Below are positions 19,960-30,565 of a DNA stretch of 64,000 nucleotides, piece by piece; the stretch's first letter is position 1, and the number at the start of each line of letters is the position of its first letter. Origin of the DNA: Candidatus Babelota bacterium (GTDB lineage: Bacteria > Babelota > Babeliae > Babelales > Vermiphilaceae); assembly GCA_049325595.1 (NCBI GenBank), contig JBMOLF010000011.1, positions 12,319 to 76,318 on the forward strand, given 5' to 3'. The notes under the pieces are model-generated. The model had not been told where the DNA came from. It ran no database searches and saw only the letters and a program-made list of their open reading frames with translations. Position numbers and translations under genes: made by a program.

Positions 19960-20280
19960 TTAGTTATTTTTTAAAATTAATGTTATCGCTATTGCAGCTA
20001 ATGCCGGTATTCCAAGTCCTAATGCAACGGTTCCCGGAGCAGGTGATAAAAAGCCATAATGAGTATGTTGCTCGCGGGGTTGTTTTGCATACATTAAAAC
20101 TTCTTTATGATTGGCTTTGTTTTCTGCCTGAATGTCTTTCAGTTGCTTGCTGAGCTTATCAATTTTCTGTTTTAATTGGTTAACTTCCTCTAACAAAAGC
20201 TTTGATTCGACTGACTCATGCGCCATAAGCGGCTGACTTAATATGCTTGTTGCTATTAATAAGCTGAAAATTATTTTCAT
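19960..20280 (-). CDS. Small secreted coiled-coil protein with C-terminal TM anchor
   Basis: Likely start MKIIFS; heptads; hydrophobic C-terminus. Confidence 0.65.
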   Translation of the reverse strand: MKIIFSLLIATSILSQPLMAHESVESKLLLEEVNQLKQKIDKLSKQLKDIQAENKANHKEVLMYAKQPREQHTHYGFLSPAPGTVALGLGIPALAAIAITLILKNN

Positions 20281-20306
20281 AAAATAGTCCTTTAACAAAT
20301 ACGGTA

Positions 20307-21026
20307 TTATTTCTTTTTATCTTTTATTTCTTTATAAACCTTTGCAGCGGATAAAAATGGTTCTAGTTGTTTTTCTTTTGAGGGCTCTAATTTTTCGGCT
20401 GTCGCTGCAATGTTATCCAAATCTATTGGTTCATAGACATCATTAATATATTTATTGAATATATTATGTATTCCGAAAGCAATCTCTTTAAACTCATATT
20501 GCGTTACTGGATAAGCAAAATTTAATTGACGAGAAGCAGTAAAAGGAACAGTAAAATCAAAAGAGCGATTTAAAGAAGTTACATATTGCCTAAATTTAAA
20601 GCAGATCGGTGAATTTAGATATAAAGTTTGTTCATCGTTTACTGAATTCTTTATGTTAGAGGTAAATTTTTTTTTAAAACAAGAAAGTAAATCAAGTCCA
20701 ACGCTAAAGCCTATGCCTTCGGTATAATAGTCCATAAAATTTTGCAAATCTTTTGGCTCGCCTTTTTTTATTTTACTACATTCTTTTTTATCAAATGAGT
20801 AGATTAAACTCTCACAGCAGGTTTTGGCTATTTCTCCGGCATCTTCACCATCAGGCAACTGTATGGTGCGATCACCAGGCAAAATAGGAATTCGGGCTCG
20901 TAAAATTTTGCCTGGCTTCATCAAATTAGGAGCGGTAATACAAACTTGTAAGGGTTCTTGATTTTGTTTTGAATCCATAGCTACAAGAGCGGTTGTACTT
21001 GCCAAAAGAAGTAATAATTTTTTCAT
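20307..21026 (-). CDS. Hypothetical secreted protein, family A member
   Basis: Signal peptide LVA-MD; IPILPGDRTIQLP motif. Confidence 0.7.
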   Translation of the reverse strand: MKKLLLLLASTTALVAMDSKQNQEPLQVCITAPNLMKPGKILRARIPILPGDRTIQLPDGEDAGEIAKTCCESLIYSFDKKECSKIKKGEPKDLQNFMDYYTEGIGFSVGLDLLSCFKKKFTSNIKNSVNDEQTLYLNSPICFKFRQYVTSLNRSFDFTVPFTASRQLNFAYPVTQYEFKEIAFGIHNIFNKYINDVYEPIDLDNIAATAEKLEPSKEKQLEPFLSAAKVYKEIKDKKK

Positions 21027-21074
21027 GCAGATCCTTAAAAAAATAAACCGTTGCTAAGTGCATATCTAAAATAC

Positions 21075-21112
21075 AAAAAAAACCGCTGAGATACAAAAGT
21101 ATTCAGCGGTTT
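21075..21112 (-). terminator. typA terminator
   Basis: AACCGCTGA/TCAGCGGTT stem with adjacent A-run. Confidence 0.75.
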
Positions 21113-21134
21113 AAATTAATAAGAAAAATTAATA

Positions 21135-22928
21135 TTACTTACGCAATGCAGCACGTAATATTTTTTTACGAAGACGAATATGAGTTGGAGTAACCTCAAT
21201 CAATTCATCGGGACGAATCCATTCCATGCAGGTTTCAAGTTCCATTACACGTGGTGGTTGCAACTTGATAGCTTCATCGGTACCCGATGCACGCATGTTG
21301 GTTAATTTCTTTTCTTTGCATGGGTTAACATCCATATCACCTTCACGGCTATTTTCACCGATGATCATACCTTCGTACACTTCATCGCCAGGACGCACAA
21401 ACAAAATACCACGTTCTTGCAAGTTGTCTAATGCAAAACCAGTAACTTCACCTTGCTCCATAGACACCATTGCACCCTTGATACGAGTTTGGATATCACC
21501 TTTATATGGTTGATAGCCTGCAAAGCTAAAGTTCATAATACCGTTACCACGCGTATCGGTTAAGAACTGGCTTCTAAACCCAAGCAATGCACGAGACGGC
21601 AATTCGTATTCTAAACGCATACGACCATCATCAAAGGTAACCATGTTAATCATTTGCGCTTTGCGACGCCCCATGTTTTCCATAACAACGCCTTGGCTTT
21701 CTTGTGGGATATCAAGCATTACGCGCTCGATTGGTTCACACTTAACACCATCGATTGTTTTGTAAATAACTTCAGGTGCTGAAAGTTGCAATTCAAAGCC
21801 TTCACGACGCATGTTTTCTACCAATACACCTAAGTGTAATTGACCACGGCCAGATACCTTGAATGATTCTGGTGAGTTGGTTGGCTCTACACGCAATGCA
21901 ACGTTTACACGTAATTCTTTATCAAGACGATCTTTTAAATGACGCGAAGTTAAGAATGTACCTTCTCTACCGCTAAATGGAGAATCGTTTACCGAGAAGT
22001 AAATAGACACAGTAGGCTCATCAACTTTCACATAGGTATATGGTAGTGGATGCCCAACTTCACAAAGCGTTGTACCTATTTCAATTGGCTTTTCAAATCC
22101 AGTAACGGCAATAATGTCACCGTAGTTAGCCTCTGTCGCTTCTACTTTGTTTAATCCCAAAAATTTAAAAATTTTGGTAATACGAGTTGGCGCGCTTACT
22201 TTATCGTCTTTGCAGCAAATTACTTGCTGACCAACTTTAAGTGATCCGCTAAACATACGACCAATTGCTATTGGCCCAAGGAAATCTGAGTGATCAAGGC
22301 TGGTTGTTAAAAATTGTAAATGGTCCGCTTTAGGTGTTGGTGCAGGAATATGTTTTAAAATTGCATCAAACAAAGGCTCCATATCACCTTCACGAACAGA
22401 AGAATCTCTAGAAACATAGCCACTTCGACCTGAACCATAAAGCAATGGGAACTCTAATTGACTTTCATCAGTAGCCAAATCTAAGAATAGGTCATTGATA
22501 AGACCTTCAGTTTTTTCTATATCTGCGTCTTTACGATCAATCTTATTAATCAATACAATAGGTCTTAAATTGAGCGCCAATGCTTTGCCTAATACAAAGC
22601 GGGTTCCTGGCAATACCCCTTCTGCTGCATCGACTAAGAGCAAGAAGCCTTCAACCATTTGAAGGGTACGCTCAACCTCACCACCAAAGTCACTGTGACC
22701 AGGGGTGTCGACGATATTGATGTTATAATCTTTATAATGAATACCGGTATTTTTTGCCAAAATAGTAATACCACGCTCACGCTCAAGAGCATTCGAGTCC
22801 ATAACGCGATCAGCAGACTCTTCTTTAATAGTCCCTGATTGTTTGAGCAATTGGTCAACCAAAGTTGTTTTACCATGGTCAACGTGGGCAATAATGGCTA
22901 TATTGCGGATTTTTGAGCTATCGTTCAT
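21135..22928 (-). CDS. typA: Ribosome-associated GTPase TypA/BipA
   Basis: AHVDHGKTT, ERGITI, DTPGH, NKID, KKLTNMRASGTDEA, EVTP..IRLRK. Confidence 0.98.
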   Translation of the reverse strand: MNDSSKIRNIAIIAHVDHGKTTLVDQLLKQSGTIKEESADRVMDSNALERERGITILAKNTGIHYKDYNINIVDTPGHSDFGGEVERTLQMVEGFLLLVDAAEGVLPGTRFVLGKALALNLRPIVLINKIDRKDADIEKTEGLINDLFLDLATDESQLEFPLLYGSGRSGYVSRDSSVREGDMEPLFDAILKHIPAPTPKADHLQFLTTSLDHSDFLGPIAIGRMFSGSLKVGQQVICCKDDKVSAPTRITKIFKFLGLNKVEATEANYGDIIAVTGFEKPIEIGTTLCEVGHPLPYTYVKVDEPTVSIYFSVNDSPFSGREGTFLTSRHLKDRLDKELRVNVALRVEPTNSPESFKVSGRGQLHLGVLVENMRREGFELQLSAPEVIYKTIDGVKCEPIERVMLDIPQESQGVVMENMGRRKAQMINMVTFDDGRMRLEYELPSRALLGFRSQFLTDTRGNGIMNFSFAGYQPYKGDIQTRIKGAMVSMEQGEVTGFALDNLQERGILFVRPGDEVYEGMIIGENSREGDMDVNPCKEKKLTNMRASGTDEAIKLQPPRVMELETCMEWIRPDELIEVTPTHIRLRKKILRAALRK

Positions 22929-23103
22929 TGTTACATTACCTTGTTAATGGAATTTTATTAAAATGGCATCCAAACGAGCCGTGAGTAGTATAGCAGAAAT
23001 GTCCGGATTGTTATTTTCTATTATAACAAAAAAAGCTATAAAATCCAGATGGAACCACCCATACTTATGGTGCATAATTATTCTTAATTTATTCTTAAAA
23101 TTT

Positions 23104-23475
23104 CTATTCTTCAGAGTGAATTATGGCCTTAAGAGCACATTTATTTTTTTGTAAGCTTGCAGGCAAATAACCTTGCTCATAGACATGCCATTGCCTTAAT
23201 AAATATTTTTTTTGCATTTCAGCTTGGTAAAAAATTAAAAAACGGCCACAAAATGGGCGTTTCGGTTTTCTAGCGTTTACATTATTTTGTTGCGGGGTGA
23301 CCAGCAACTGAGCACTATTGCACACATGCACAGATGCTCCCATCCAGGCATTAAACTTATCTTTATTTTTTTTGCAAGAGCAATCAAGCTTTTGCTGATG
23401 CACCACAGGCCTTTTTTCAGACATTCCATATAAAAAATTGCTGGTTAACAAACAAAGAATTACCGCTACAAACAT
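23104..23475 (-). CDS. Hypothetical secreted protein
   Basis: GAGG RBS; signal peptide LYG-MS. Confidence 0.55.
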   Translation of the reverse strand: MFVAVILCLLTSNFLYGMSEKRPVVHQQKLDCSCKKNKDKFNAWMGASVHVCNSAQLLVTPQQNNVNARKPKRPFCGRFLIFYQAEMQKKYLLRQWHVYEQGYLPASLQKNKCALKAIIHSEE

Positions 23476-23559
23476 AATAACCTCGTACCATGATGTTAAT
23501 TAATGATACTTTGAAGATACTTATTATTTGGCAATAATCCAATATTCCTCAAAAAACAG

Positions 23560-24687
23560 TTAAATTAAAGATTTTTCCCTGTTTTTGAATACATCTAAGA
23601 TTCGTTGCTTGAGATTCGTTTTTTGCTGATAACATCCAAAAGCAGTAAGCATATGGACAACTTTTTCATTTCTTTTTTTATAATCATCTACTCGAGATTG
23701 TGCTTTATTAAACATAGGCTTCAAAGGATCAATTACAATTGCGCTATCTTGAATAATATTTTCTTGGTGAGCAGTTAAACTATCTTTCTTTTGTAGAAAG
23801 GTAACGTGAGTGGTAAAAGTTTTAATCAATTGTAATGTTTTTTGTTCAGTTATTTTATAAAGATTGGTTCCATTAATAAGTAAAAGCTCAGGATTGTTAT
23901 GCGATTGAAGTATGGAATCAACTTTATATTTTAATTTAAAACAAACAGCATCATACCGTTCTTTATTTTTCTCAAGCAACCATAATTTATGATCACTATC
24001 AATTCCCCATAATGCTTCAGCCGCTAATTGTTGTTTATTGTATGCCAAGTATTTATACACTACCGGCACCGAGTAAGATTTCACATCAAATGTTTGTCTT
24101 GCTTGATCGTAACGGCTAACGGTTATCTTAGGTTCTTTTGTTTTTGCCGGCTCCATGCCAACAAAAATATTTTTAAAAGGGTGCATACATTTAAAAGCAT
24201 GCTCTTTGCTAAAATGTTCATTTACATTCACAGCAAATGATGAAACCGAACCATCTCCTGTCTCTTGTATATACGGCACATTAAAACTGGTAAAGTCAAA
24301 TAGATAATTATTAAGTAAAATCATACCATTTTTATTGGGGCCCAATCGCCATAAGGGTTTTTTAAGCTCATTATTATGAGATGAGTATAAAAAATATAAA
24401 AGTCGATTTTTTTTATAATACGTTTGCAAATTATTAATTCCCCGAGTAACAAAATGAACGTCTTGATTTAAAGCTTTTTTCAGAGAACTCGGAATTTTTT
24501 TAAGATAAACAAGCGCCAGCAATTGCGGACAATATTCCGGCATAATTTTATGCAAGCACTCTTCAGGCAAATTTTTAACATTAACTAATAGTTGTGCAGT
24601 TTCATAATCAGATAATTGAGCAGTATTTTGTTCTGAGCCAAGAATTATGCTGCTTATGCAGCAAATGAATATTATTATTTTTTTCAT
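23560..24687 (-). CDS. Secreted protein with F-box-like motif and beta-rich C-terminal domain (family B)
   Basis: Start MKKIII; NLPEECLHKI; GPNKNG motif. Confidence 0.7.
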   Translation of the reverse strand: MKKIIIFICCISSIILGSEQNTAQLSDYETAQLLVNVKNLPEECLHKIMPEYCPQLLALVYLKKIPSSLKKALNQDVHFVTRGINNLQTYYKKNRLLYFLYSSHNNELKKPLWRLGPNKNGMILLNNYLFDFTSFNVPYIQETGDGSVSSFAVNVNEHFSKEHAFKCMHPFKNIFVGMEPAKTKEPKITVSRYDQARQTFDVKSYSVPVVYKYLAYNKQQLAAEALWGIDSDHKLWLLEKNKERYDAVCFKLKYKVDSILQSHNNPELLLINGTNLYKITEQKTLQLIKTFTTHVTFLQKKDSLTAHQENIIQDSAIVIDPLKPMFNKAQSRVDDYKKRNEKVVHMLTAFGCYQQKTNLKQRILDVFKNREKSLI

Positions 24688-24835
24688 AATTACCTCCATT
24701 TAAGTTATTAACAGTAATTATAAAATATTAAATAAAAATCTCAATGAGAAAATTATTTAAAAAATAATAAAGCGATGATTGGCAGTAGCAATTTGCATGT
24801 TTTTCAATTAACTAGACAGCTTATTTGTTTTGAAT

Positions 24836-24860
24836 AAAAAAAGGGGCAAAAAATGCCCCT
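24836..24860 (-). terminator. Terminator of the MutS-related gene
   Basis: AGGGGCA/TGCCCCT stem plus A-run. Confidence 0.7.
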
Positions 24861-24868
24861 CCTGTAGA

Positions 24869-26641
24869 TTATGCAATTGCTAATCCCAGACCTAAAATAT
24901 CTTTATCGGGCATGAGTTCTAATATTGATTGCATGCAAGCTATGCCAGGTACTAGTTTAAACTGGCTTTGGGCATTTCTTTGCGCAACCTCAACTTTATA
25001 ATTCGAAAAAGAATGGGTGGCATCTGCCAATTCGGTTAATTTAGGAAAATGGGTTGCAGCCATTACCATGGTATTTGGCGAACTTCCAAGGTAACTTAAC
25101 ATCTGGCAAGACAAGTCTTGTCCTGTTTCAAACACAGTGCTATTAAACAATTCATCAAGCGCGATAAAGGCAAATTGATTTTGAGGCAATGTTTTCACCG
25201 AAGAAATTATTGCTTGCGCGCGGTTTACTGAAGCGCTGAATAGTGAATGCCCACCAACTAAATCATCGGTGATATTCATTGCTGTTTTAATAACAGCAAA
25301 AGGAGTCAACGTTAATTGTTGTGCTGGCGCAATGCCTATTGTTTGTCCAAGCACAATACAGTCGGCAATAGCTTTTATGGCGGTAGACTTGCCCCCTTTA
25401 TTAGGGCCTGTTACTACCATTGACCGTGGCTTGCAAGAACCACCAAGCTCAATACTATTTGGGGTTGCGCTATCTATAAATGGATTCCAAAAATTAGTTG
25501 CTGCAATTAGTGGTGTTGGATTTTCTGCATAATCAACAAAGGTATAAGGAGTCTGTGCATCTTTGTATTCTTGCATAAGATAGGCGGCTGAAAGATATGC
25601 ATCAAGCTCTCCTATTGGTTGCAGTAAATTATAAAGCTCATCTTTCACTTCGTACATTAAATGATACGCAGCTAAAATGTTACCACTGCGAGAAAAAAAT
25701 GATGGCTTGCCCGTAAAAGTACGGCTTGAAATAAGTCGCAAAAATTGAGCAAGCTCTGGAGAAATAGCTTTTTCTTTATGCTCAAACAAATATCTTAATT
25801 TATTATATGAAGGAATACCCTCAGCCAAAATAGCATTTTCTTCTATAGCTTTTAACAATCTTAAGCCGCTATCAAGACATGCACGCACCCCAATAAGCTC
25901 TTCTTGCATGTGCGATAAAATTCTATTTTTTTGGCGAATATGGTCGTACAATCCTTTTAAACCCATTACATGTATGCCCATATGAGCAGCATTATATATT
26001 TGATACCCAACTTTGGCAGCCGTTGAGGTGTGATGATTATGATCGCAATGATCGTGTTTGCCATGCCCATGGGGATGAGCAGCACATTTAAAACCGAGTT
26101 TATCCTGTAATTTTTCACTAATAAAAAAATGGAGTACAAAATGTTCAAACACCGGTAAGAATAAGTTACCAATATAAAGCACTTGCCCCACGTCAAGCCC
26201 TAAAGGACTTTTATTGTATTTTTTGAGTGAACCATTTTGGTAATAAAACTCTTTGAGCGCAATTGTTTTTAATTGGTCAGGTTGTTGCCAAAATTGATTA
26301 AGATACGGCTCATGATCTGCAAAATGACTAAGATCTTTTTCTATGCGCGATCTTAATGCTTCATTTTCTAGCAATTCCTTAATTACCTGTTGACGTTGTT
26401 TAAGCAATGATACATTTGTTGTTGGTCGTTTTAGCATTTTTTTAAGCCTACGCTTACCGCATTCGCTGTGGGTATAATCAAGATACGAAAATAAACCGGG
26501 CGAACCATTGTGCGTTGTGAATAATTCCAGATCGCGAATTTCGTGATCACCAAGTTTTTGTTGATGAACTTGGGCCATTACTTGACCATTTAACGACAAA
26601 ACCAGCATAAAACAACACGAAACACGGTATGAACACATCAT
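24869..26641 (-). CDS. MutS-related ATPase (domains III and V only) with N-terminal signal-like sequence
   Basis: DLELF...T...GKRRLKKML..P...RQ; TGPNKGGKST; DELF; ATHF; no mismatch-binding domain I. Confidence 0.85.
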   Translation of the reverse strand: MMCSYRVSCCFMLVLSLNGQVMAQVHQQKLGDHEIRDLELFTTHNGSPGLFSYLDYTHSECGKRRLKKMLKRPTTNVSLLKQRQQVIKELLENEALRSRIEKDLSHFADHEPYLNQFWQQPDQLKTIALKEFYYQNGSLKKYNKSPLGLDVGQVLYIGNLFLPVFEHFVLHFFISEKLQDKLGFKCAAHPHGHGKHDHCDHNHHTSTAAKVGYQIYNAAHMGIHVMGLKGLYDHIRQKNRILSHMQEELIGVRACLDSGLRLLKAIEENAILAEGIPSYNKLRYLFEHKEKAISPELAQFLRLISSRTFTGKPSFFSRSGNILAAYHLMYEVKDELYNLLQPIGELDAYLSAAYLMQEYKDAQTPYTFVDYAENPTPLIAATNFWNPFIDSATPNSIELGGSCKPRSMVVTGPNKGGKSTAIKAIADCIVLGQTIGIAPAQQLTLTPFAVIKTAMNITDDLVGGHSLFSASVNRAQAIISSVKTLPQNQFAFIALDELFNSTVFETGQDLSCQMLSYLGSSPNTMVMAATHFPKLTELADATHSFSNYKVEVAQRNAQSQFKLVPGIACMQSILELMPDKDILGLGLAIA

Positions 26642-26862
26642 CGTGAGTCTCCTAAAAAAAGAATAATAGTATGTTTATAAAAATGAAGAACAGGAAAATT
26701 ATAGACGGGTATTTTTTGCAAGCATCATACAAAGAAATACAAAACCACTCATTTTTTTTAGTTCTTGCACTAATTAAAGATAAAGACTTTTGTAAAACAG
26801 GCAAGTTTAGTTATGTAAGTTTTCGTAGTTGCGTAAAACTCAAAACTTTTTAAACAATAATC

Positions 26863-27831
26863 TCATTTTAAAGTAAGCTTATGATAGATTTCATTGTTTT
26901 TGTATTGCTCAAAATTTTCTTTTGCTTGTTGCAAGCATTCAGCAATAGTTTGCACTGATAGTAAAAAATTAGGCTTTAATTGATGATGCGGATTGTAAGA
27001 TGAACATTGAGGTTCATTTATAAATTTTACATATCCTCTGAAAATAGATAATAATTGAGTAGACTTTAAATCAAATAACAATGTTTTCCATCCCCAGGAG
27101 GTACAACAGCATAATTTCACAAAAGAAGGATAATTTTGGCAATAGGTCATATCTGTTACTAAATGTATTTGGCCAGACTTTGCATTTCTTTTCAAACTAT
27201 TTTCTATTACTGCATTTGCTATCAGCACGCGACTTGTAACGCTTTTATCTTTCTTAAGCAGATGCTCTTCAATGCCACTTTTTGAATAAGTAATTACCAT
27301 ATTTTTAGCCTTAAAAAGAGCGGCCGCAATATTTTCTTTAAGAACAATGATATGTTGCGGATTAATTGTTCCCTTATCACGATCGTATTCAAATATGCGC
27401 ATATCTTTTTCTCTGGCTTGGATCCATCTATTTTGTGCGAAATCAATTGCATATACAAAATATCCACAAGGTAAAGCGCTGTCATATTGGTTGGTTTTTA
27501 AGTTTTGAAAATCATACAAGCGGCTAGAAGATACTATAATGCCATTTTTATTAGGACCAACTATTAAATTTTCTTGTTTAACATTTTCTTTTTGAGAATC
27601 AGTTAACATCTCATCTTGCTGTGATAGATTGGTAATTTTTTTAATACAAAGTCTTACATCTGATCTATAATTATCATCAGCATAACACCAAATTTTTTCT
27701 TGCAATTCTTGGGGCAATTGAAAAAATTTTTCAAAAAAAGAAATTGCTTCACCTCTATTCCATTGTCCATTTTTATGCTCCATGCTCTGAAGCTTTATAC
27801 CTAATAATAATATTAATATTATCTTGCTCAT
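26863..27831 (-). CDS. Secreted F-box-like protein (family B)
   Basis: LQS-ME; FQLPQELQEKIWCY; GPNKNG. Confidence 0.72.
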   Translation of the reverse strand: MSKIILILLLGIKLQSMEHKNGQWNRGEAISFFEKFFQLPQELQEKIWCYADDNYRSDVRLCIKKITNLSQQDEMLTDSQKENVKQENLIVGPNKNGIIVSSSRLYDFQNLKTNQYDSALPCGYFVYAIDFAQNRWIQAREKDMRIFEYDRDKGTINPQHIIVLKENIAAALFKAKNMVITYSKSGIEEHLLKKDKSVTSRVLIANAVIENSLKRNAKSGQIHLVTDMTYCQNYPSFVKLCCCTSWGWKTLLFDLKSTQLLSIFRGYVKFINEPQCSSYNPHHQLKPNFLLSVQTIAECLQQAKENFEQYKNNEIYHKLTLK

Positions 27832-27923
27832 AAAAAATGCCTCTTTTTTTATAAATAAGATAGCATCTTATAAGTGCTGAGTGTTATCAATTCATTTTAC
27901 GCAATTGATTAAATGCAGAATTT

Positions 27924-29201
27924 TTAAGGCAATAATCTTTGGCTTGTAGCCCCTGCATCTATTTTTTGTTGATAATTATTTCGGATTTGTGCAACAAAGT
28001 TGTCCAGGGGAACAAAACGCAATAATTTTGGAGGCATGTTATCTAAATTTCTCTCATTATTAATTTGTCCTGAACAACGACGCGTAAGCAAAGAATCAAA
28101 TAATCCTATTTTCTCTAAAAAAAATGAAGTCGGAATTAGTTGATCTCCTGTATATTTACATAAAAGCGCCGCTTCTTTTTTGTTTTTTGCAACATCATTA
28201 GTATACGCAATATGCACTAACACACGCGTTGGATCTGATAGAGAAATTTCTATATCATTTATCATTGCATTGTTTACTGGGCATGATAAAAGTGTTAAAT
28301 AGCGAGTTACAAACTCATTGGTAAGCAAAGTTTTAATAATAATATTTTTAGGATTGCCCCTAATTACTGTTATTACATTATCAATCTCTTTAGAGGGATC
28401 AACAACTTCTTTAACTAGAACTACTGCTTTATTCTTTAATTCAATGCCAAGCCATTGGTCTGCACAAAGTATATCATAGTGCAGTTTTTTCAAATAAATA
28501 TCGGCAAGAACCGCTCCCGTAAGAACACTCCTACATATAAGAGAACGCTTAATTCCATCTTTTAAATCTCCTGCATTGAATGAAGTTACCATTTGACTAT
28601 CGGTAATTCTTGGAATTACAGACCATTGCGTGGAGTTTGGATACAAAATTTTTTCATCGTTTTGCCCAGGAGCCCCAGAGTTATGATTGACCTGATCAAC
28701 AAGCTCTTGAATTGCTATTTTTTTATTTTCATCATAATAAAATTGGTAAACTCCTGAACCATAAACAAAATAGCCTTGCTTATTAGGTCCACTCACTGAT
28801 TTTTCCAAAAAAACAAAAGGATTTTTGAATTGAATATATTTTTTTAGATCTGGTACTTCGACGTGTGATTTTAATGAATAATTTGAAGGTAAAGTATCTA
28901 AAAAATTTTTAAATCGCTTAGTTTGGAAAACGTTTCTGATACTAAACTCTTGCCAATATTCTTTTGCTTCTTGGGTTACTTGTTGTTCTGGTTGTGGTAC
29001 GGGTACTGGCATAACAACAGATCCAAAATAGGTTGCTTCAGGAAAAGCATGTGTAATAATTTCGGTCGTTAGTTCTGGCGGTAATTCAGCAAGCAATTTA
29101 TCCAATTTAAATTCATTATTTACTCGATGTTCATGGTCATTCTTTTCCATAGCAGGACAAGAAAAAATCATTAAAAGACTTAAAAAGACGTATTTATGCA
29201 T
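27924..29201 (-). CDS. Secreted F-box-like protein (family B)
   Basis: CPA-ME; LAELPPELTTEIITHA; GPNKQG. Confidence 0.75.
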   Translation of the reverse strand: MHKYVFLSLLMIFSCPAMEKNDHEHRVNNEFKLDKLLAELPPELTTEIITHAFPEATYFGSVVMPVPVPQPEQQVTQEAKEYWQEFSIRNVFQTKRFKNFLDTLPSNYSLKSHVEVPDLKKYIQFKNPFVFLEKSVSGPNKQGYFVYGSGVYQFYYDENKKIAIQELVDQVNHNSGAPGQNDEKILYPNSTQWSVIPRITDSQMVTSFNAGDLKDGIKRSLICRSVLTGAVLADIYLKKLHYDILCADQWLGIELKNKAVVLVKEVVDPSKEIDNVITVIRGNPKNIIIKTLLTNEFVTRYLTLLSCPVNNAMINDIEISLSDPTRVLVHIAYTNDVAKNKKEAALLCKYTGDQLIPTSFFLEKIGLFDSLLTRRCSGQINNERNLDNMPPKLLRFVPLDNFVAQIRNNYQQKIDAGATSQRLLP

Positions 29202-29315
29202 AATAATCCCTGTTAAATTGTTTGCGTTACATTATAAAGCGAATGCGATTATTTTGAACATAAAAACCCGTTTGTTACAGCGAGTTTTTACCTGAATTTT
29301 CTGGCAACTGTGTTA

Positions 29316-30506
29316 TTATTTTATTTTCCGCAATTGAGCAAGTGCAAAACTTTTTAGGCAATAATCTTGGTCTTTAATTGCTGCATTTATTTTTTGCTGA
29401 TAATTATTTTGTACTTGTGCAACACAATCATTTACCGGCACAAATCGAAGTAACTTTTTTGCAAGAGGATAGGATCTTTTTAACAAATATTTATCACAAC
29501 GATGCGTAAGAATAGAATCGAAAAAACCGACAATTTCATTGAATGTTAAAACAGGAATCAGTCTTTCTTCTTGAAAGGCACAAAGTACCGATATTTTTTT
29601 AGGTTTATTATTTTCTTTGCCAGTTGAAACACAAATAAGGATTCGTTGTGCATTTGTTAAAGAAATTTGAAAATCTAAAATCTCAAAATCTTTTTCGCTT
29701 ATTGCAGCAGAACTATGTAAAAGACAAAAATCTAAAAGTTCTTCTTGTGTTAATATAGTTTTTTCATCTATCGCTTTTTTATTTTTCTTAAAAAGAACTA
29801 TGTCTTTATTAGATCTAACCATCCAACTCTTTTTTTGATCGTTTCCATGCGATACATAATACTGAATTTGATAAATAGGACTTTCTGTACATGTGTAATT
29901 CGTGAATTTTTTGGTTTTTAAATTTGCTAGCTCATAGGTATCGGCTGGCGCGTCTTCATAATCTGGAAATCCAAAACATTCAGCATCAAGCGGGTGAATT
30001 GCTTTTACAACCATATGTTTTTCATCATCATCTGAAAGTTTAATTTTCTTATCTTGCTCATACGAAAATTTACACATTAAGCCATATCCAGCAACAAAAT
30101 ATCCTTCTCTATTGGGACCGGCTACTTTGTGTGGAACTTTATACTCTAGCAAAGGATCACTTTCAAAATATTTTCTAAAAGCGCTTTGTTCTGGCAATGT
30201 TTTATAAAATTCTTCAAACTTTTTTGTTTTAAAAATATTTGTTTCATTAAGCTCCTGCCAATATTCTTTTGCTTCTTGGGTTATTTGATCTTCTGGTTGT
30301 GGTACGGGTACTGGCATAACAACAGATCCAAAATAGGCAGCTTCGGGAAAAGCCTGAGTAATAATTTCAGTCGTTAGTTCTGGCGGTAATTCAGCAAACA
30401 ATTTATCTAATTTAAATTCATTATTTAGCCAATGTTCTTGCTCATTCTTTTCCATGCTATAACAAGAAAATATTATTATAAGACTTAAAAAGACGTATTT
30501 GTACAT
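29316..30506 (-). CDS. Secreted F-box-like protein (family B), recent duplicate of 27924..29201
   Basis: Start MYKYVF at 30506 by alignment with paralog; FAELPPELTTEIITQA; GPNREG. Confidence 0.75.
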   Translation of the reverse strand: MYKYVFLSLIIIFSCYSMEKNEQEHWLNNEFKLDKLFAELPPELTTEIITQAFPEAAYFGSVVMPVPVPQPEDQITQEAKEYWQELNETNIFKTKKFEEFYKTLPEQSAFRKYFESDPLLEYKVPHKVAGPNREGYFVAGYGLMCKFSYEQDKKIKLSDDDEKHMVVKAIHPLDAECFGFPDYEDAPADTYELANLKTKKFTNYTCTESPIYQIQYYVSHGNDQKKSWMVRSNKDIVLFKKNKKAIDEKTILTQEELLDFCLLHSSAAISEKDFEILDFQISLTNAQRILICVSTGKENNKPKKISVLCAFQEERLIPVLTFNEIVGFFDSILTHRCDKYLLKRSYPLAKKLLRFVPVNDCVAQVQNNYQQKINAAIKDQDYCLKSFALAQLRKIK

Positions 30507-30565
30507 AAGATCCCTAGTAGTTAAAGTTTTGCTCATTATAAAGAAAATACGATTATTTTGAACAT

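Noticed and set aside
22963..23154. Short ORFs in intergenic AT-rich DNA (also 26671..26853 and 52915..53103)
   Set aside because: No recognisable motifs; they overlap promoters or neighbouring genes and are likely spurious
27924..30506. Diversity-generating retroelement target/template pair
   Set aside because: No reverse transcriptase in the window; differences are not adenine-specific
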